Shown piece after piece: positions 60,229 through 64,000 of a stretch of DNA of 64,000 nucleotides. The DNA comes from Fistulifera solaris (taxonomy: Eukaryota), in the NCBI GenBank assembly GCA_030295235.1, contig AP026162.1:2294001-2358000 (forward strand), read 5' to 3'. Numbering within the stretch: the first letter of the stretch is position 1; every line of letters starts with the position of its first letter. A model generated the notes under the pieces. The model saw nothing but the letters and a program-made list of their open reading frames with translations. It was not told the DNA's origin and searched no databases. The position numbers were made by a program, and so were the translations under genes.

Positions 60229-61014
60229 CTATTCGCTCCACACTTCGGTCTTTTTTGTAAATTCATACTCCCACCGATTCCAAACGAAACCAATAGCGTT
60301 CAATCTTTTCAATCGCTTCGACGACAGAAGGTTTTTGTTGTAAAGTTTGCGTTGGTTGCTTACCCAGTGAGCTAAAGGTTGATTTTCGATGTAAGTAATG
60401 GGCACGCAGCAGTCGCCGTGCTCGTTTCGGTATGCTTGGAGTTCACGATAGCGTTGTTCCCAAACGAATTCACGAAGTGGCATCCTCCAGTCTGGATCCA
60501 ACTGATTTAATGCGTCCACTTGTTGTACCGAGAGGTCGGCGACCCGTTGTTTCTGCATCCATTTTCCTAGGTGACTGTTGCGCGGAATCACTGTCGCCAG
60601 ACTTGTACTTGAAGACGAAGCTTTTTCTGATTTCAGTTGCATCTGTTGTTGCAAATCACGATAATGTTCCCACCAGTCGCTCTCATCATTATCTACTGGA
60701 TCGTCCAAAGTGTTCCAACAAAATCCTAATTGGTCGAGTATTTCAATCCGTTCGGGTGTCAAGGAACAGGGTTTTTGACCGGTGACGAAATTCCGATATT
60801 GCTGCCGCTGCTTGTTGACCCAAAGTCCGAGCCCCGGATCTTCTTTGTAGCGCTTAGGGACACGGACATGACCGTGTTGTTTCTTAAATTCCAGTAGTTG
60901 ACTAGCACGGGTCATCCATGGTCCTTTTGTGACGGTTGCCAAGGCTACGACGCCATACGGAAAGAAGCAGAGTAGGAGGATCGTAGCAGTGATAGGGAAA
61001 TGCGTGCGCATCAT
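60229..61014 (-). CDS. Helicase-associated (HA) domain protein with signal peptide
   Basis: HA repeats W...LLEFKKQHGHVRVP...LGLWVNKQR...LDQLGFCW and WEQRYRELQAYRNEHGDCCVP...LAHWVSNQR...LNAIGFVW. Confidence 0.85.
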   Translation of the reverse strand: MMRTHFPITATILLLCFFPYGVVALATVTKGPWMTRASQLLEFKKQHGHVRVPKRYKEDPGLGLWVNKQRQQYRNFVTGQKPCSLTPERIEILDQLGFCWNTLDDPVDNDESDWWEHYRDLQQQMQLKSEKASSSSTSLATVIPRNSHLGKWMQKQRVADLSVQQVDALNQLDPDWRMPLREFVWEQRYRELQAYRNEHGDCCVPITYIENQPLAHWVSNQRKLYNKNLLSSKRLKRLNAIGFVWNRWEYEFTKKTEVWSE

Positions 61015-61835
61015 TATAATCTACCGAGCCAAATGAATACTCATAGTGAAGAGATTTTCGCTGTTATGAAGCGCTATGGTTTACACTCGGCTATTATATT
61101 CACCAACGGAATGGTTTGACATCAATCAGCAACAAAAATCGGAGGCACATCATCGCTCGTGAGCGAGATTTTGTGGATAGAAATGTGGCAGTATGAAGCG
61201 GCATCGTAAGTCTAAGCCCAAAATACAATTCAGTACCGGTACGTCAATAGAAAGGATTCGTCGGCAACTATGGAGATGTATAGGCATACTGTATAGGCTC
61301 TTTCTTTATTTTTTTAGTAAAAAATAAAAATTATAAAATAAATAGAAGAGATGTTACTTTTAGTGTTTGGTCAAGATGATGTTATGGATCACATTATCAT
61401 CAAACCTATTTCTTGTTCATTAGTCCGCATTAATTGTAAGCCGATTGCTGTAACCGCTGTGAACGATCCGAGAGACTACGCCCCGGCGGTGTGATTATAA
61501 TATGCTCAAGATTCGCAATGTGTTTAAGCGGCCTTGATACTATCCGGTAAATATTTTCGACCATGCTTCTGATGACCAGGAATTTCTTTAGCAGGCCGAT
61601 ACGCAGCCTCGTCAAAGAAGTAGTTGTGACAAGTGGACGGAGATAAACAATGAAAGTCATCGCTTTCACGTAGAGACCGTAAATATTGAATCTTGTCTAA
61701 AGAAAAACGCTCGCAGATGTTTTCTACTCCGTAAGTGATTAACAAATGTAGTTCCATGCCGAAATCTAAGTAGAATCTAAATAGCGTTACAAGAAGTGTT
61801 AGATTCGACACCAGCTCGCGACATTATCCAGGTAC

Positions 61836-62423
61836 TTAGTAGAGGAAAGGAAGACCGGTGATGAGGGTGTCAAGACCGTCGAATCCAGGGCTGACCAAGT
61901 TTTGGCTGTCGTGACGGAGCAATTCCAAAGTGGCAAGCATGGCAAGGCGGCCGTGCTGCAACTCCTGTGTCTGGCGCTTCTTCAACTCAGCGGGGGCAAG
62001 TTCCGGCTTTCCAACCTCGAAGTTACCCAAGAAGCCGTAGTAGTCAACAGCACCGACAAGGAAGAAAATCTGGGCCCATCCAAGAGCAGGGATGGCCTCA
62101 AGGGCGGCAACACCGTTGGGCACATCAGCGAACTTGAGTCCAGGAGCGATCTCACCAGGGAAGCGGTAGAACTCAGGGACAACGTATCCGATCACAGCAA
62201 GCTGGGCAACACGTCCGTGCTTGAGCTCAGCAGTGCGATATTGGTCGAAAACCTCAGGACCGGCACCAGCCGAAAGGCGGTAAGGATCCCAGTAACCGGT
62301 GGGGGCAATAACACCGGCCTCGTCTTCGTAAGCCATCTTCAAGGCCGAAGAAGTGGCCTTGCTGGCCGAGGAAGTGAAAGCAGCGGCAGAGCCGGCAAGG
62401 AGGGCAGCGATAGCGAGCTTCAT
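61836..62423 (-). CDS. Fucoxanthin-chlorophyll a/c binding protein (LHC), intronless copy
   Basis: MKLAIAALLAGSAAA-F targeting peptide; WDP, ELKHGRVAQLA, ELQHGRLAMLA. Confidence 0.95.
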   Translation of the reverse strand: MKLAIAALLAGSAAAFTSSASKATSSALKMAYEDEAGVIAPTGYWDPYRLSAGAGPEVFDQYRTAELKHGRVAQLAVIGYVVPEFYRFPGEIAPGLKFADVPNGVAALEAIPALGWAQIFFLVGAVDYYGFLGNFEVGKPELAPAELKKRQTQELQHGRLAMLATLELLRHDSQNLVSPGFDGLDTLITGLPFLY

Positions 62424-62688
62424 GGTTGCTTGTGTGGTCTGGAATGCAAGTTTGAGATGATGGTTCTCCGTTGAGGATGAATCGGCAGAGGACCGTCGTC
62501 GTCGACGGTCTTTTCTACGCGTTTGCGTATGTGTAATAGTTGAAGCTCGATCTTTTGCGCGATCTTTCCGTTCGCTTTTCCTTTCTTCCCGCCTTCTGCA
62601 TTGTCTGGCAGACAGTACATCTTACGTCATTGAACGTAAAGCACTCTGATGTATACAGTGTGTAAAAAGTAAACGGAAATGAATCGTT

Positions 62689-62725
62689 TAACTCGACGTC
62701 GGAGCGGTTACATTACGTCGAGTTA
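62689..62725. promoter_or_regulatory. 11-bp inverted repeat upstream of the FCP gene
   Basis: TAACTCGACGT (62689-62699) and ACGTCGAGTTA (62715-62725), 15-nt spacer; function inferred only from position. Confidence 0.4.
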
Positions 62726-63127
62726 GGTATGCGACGTGCGACGGACCAAAAGTCTAGCTTATCTAGACTAGCTACCGGTACCTGGTTTTATCTTGAATCT
62801 TGAGCCTTGAGGTACTCCAAACTGAAAGAGCGCAAGCTTATAAACACAATAAATAATCTTTTCTAGCTGATATCCTCATTCGGTGTGAAGAATCGACAGA
62901 AAGAGCGCCTAAAGTCGTCTGTCTTCCATAATTCGAAAAGCTACGGTATCCTAAAGGTTCTGAGTGAGTGTTTCTCAACTGTATCAAATGGCAATTCTCT
63001 GCCTGAATTTCCAATGGCCAATCCGATGATGTGAAAAACTACTAAAACACAACGGCACAAAATAATCAGCTCAACCGCATGTTAATAATCAAGGGGAGCC
63101 GAAGGCATTACATTACTAGCTCATGAC

Positions 63128-63797
63128 TTAGTAAAGGAAGGGAAGACCGGTGATCAACTTGTCAAGACCATCGAACCCCGGGCTGACCAAGTTCTGGCTA
63201 TCATGGCGCAACAATTCCAAAACAGCAAGCATGGCGAGGCGGCCGTGCTGCAACTCCTGCAACTGACGCTGCTCCAAAACTATACAAAAGCAAGAGAAGG
63301 AAAAGGTGAGTTGCTAGACCTGCAAGTGCGTAGCACAAGATAAGCAACAAGTTTCGCGTACCTTCAGGTTCAAGGTTGGGCTGACCGGAAGGGAAGTTGC
63401 CCAAGAAGCCATAGTAGTCCACGGCACCGATTAGAAAGAACATCTGAGCCCATCCAAGAGAGGGGATGGCGTCAATGGCGGCAACACCGTTGGGCACATC
63501 AGCAAACTTGAGTCCAGGGGCAATCTCACCAGGGAAACGGAACACCTCGGGAACGATGTAACCAATGACAGCAAGTTGCGCAACACGGCCGTGCTTGAGT
63601 TCCGAAGTGCGGTACGCCTCAAAGGTTTCGGCGTCAATGTTCTTGGAGAGACCCAACGGATCAAAGAATCCAGTCGGAGCGATGACACCGAGCTCGTTTT
63701 CGTACGACATCTTCAAGACCGACGAGGATGCCTTGTTGGCCGACGGGGCGAAAGCAGCGGCAGAGCCGGCGAGGATGGCAGCGATAGCGAGTTTCAT
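63128..63797 (-). CDS. Fucoxanthin-chlorophyll a/c binding protein (LHC), tandem paralog; intron 63280-63361
   Basis: Same motifs as the neighbouring copy. Splicing gives LEPEV-LEQRQLQELQHGRLAMLAVLELLRHDSQNLVSPGFDGLDKLITGLPFLY*. Confidence 0.95.
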
Positions 63798-64000
63798 GTT
63801 TGCTTCTCGTTAGGAACGCAGCTTCAACGATTTATGTCCTCGTTTTTAAGCCACTTTTGAAGGGGATTTCCGTCGATCGATTGAAACAAGTTGAAGCTCA
63901 AATCTTTTCGTGAGTCTTTTGCTTCAAGAAATCTTTCTGTCAAAGCATTCATCCCACATCTTTAAGAAAGAAGCCTAAATCATAACGATATGGAACAAAT

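Noticed and set aside
61430..61811. Two short minus-strand ORFs downstream of the FCP gene
   Set aside because: No recognisable domain or codon bias; probably 3' UTR or intergenic sequence.
61902..62474. Long antisense ORFs, here and at e.g. 4805-5440, 18284-18931, 29106-29675 and 58444-58995
   Set aside because: They are shadows of codon-biased or repetitive genes on the opposite strand and have no independent motifs.

Overview
Gene-dense eukaryotic nuclear DNA, almost certainly from a diatom. The evidence is two fucoxanthin-chlorophyll protein genes, bipartite signal+F plastid-targeting peptides, a bifunctional DHFR-TS and mostly short (58-90 nt) GT-AG introns. The species cannot be determined from the sequence alone. 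The window holds about 38 protein-coding genes, a tRNA-Asp(GTC) and one intact 358-bp hAT-type non-autonomous transposon (14-bp TIRs, perfect 8-bp TSD). The most notable items are: (1) a tail-to-tail paralog pair combining a RING-like Zn finger, a Myb-like block and a GAF-like domain resembling the NIN-like-protein nitrate-responsive region; (2) a fumarylacetoacetase-maleylacetoacetate isomerase fusion; (3) a plastid NFU carrying a GrxS16-type GIY-YIG-like domain; (4) a membrane protein with prokaryote-style TSP3 Ca-binding repeats; (5) CDK7 and MAT1 about 6 kb apart; (6) a recurrent palindromic intergenic motif. At least 9 genes are broken by 1-nt indels in homopolymer runs, most likely sequencing errors, so several gene models were repaired by eye. 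All family assignments come from motif recognition, not database searches.
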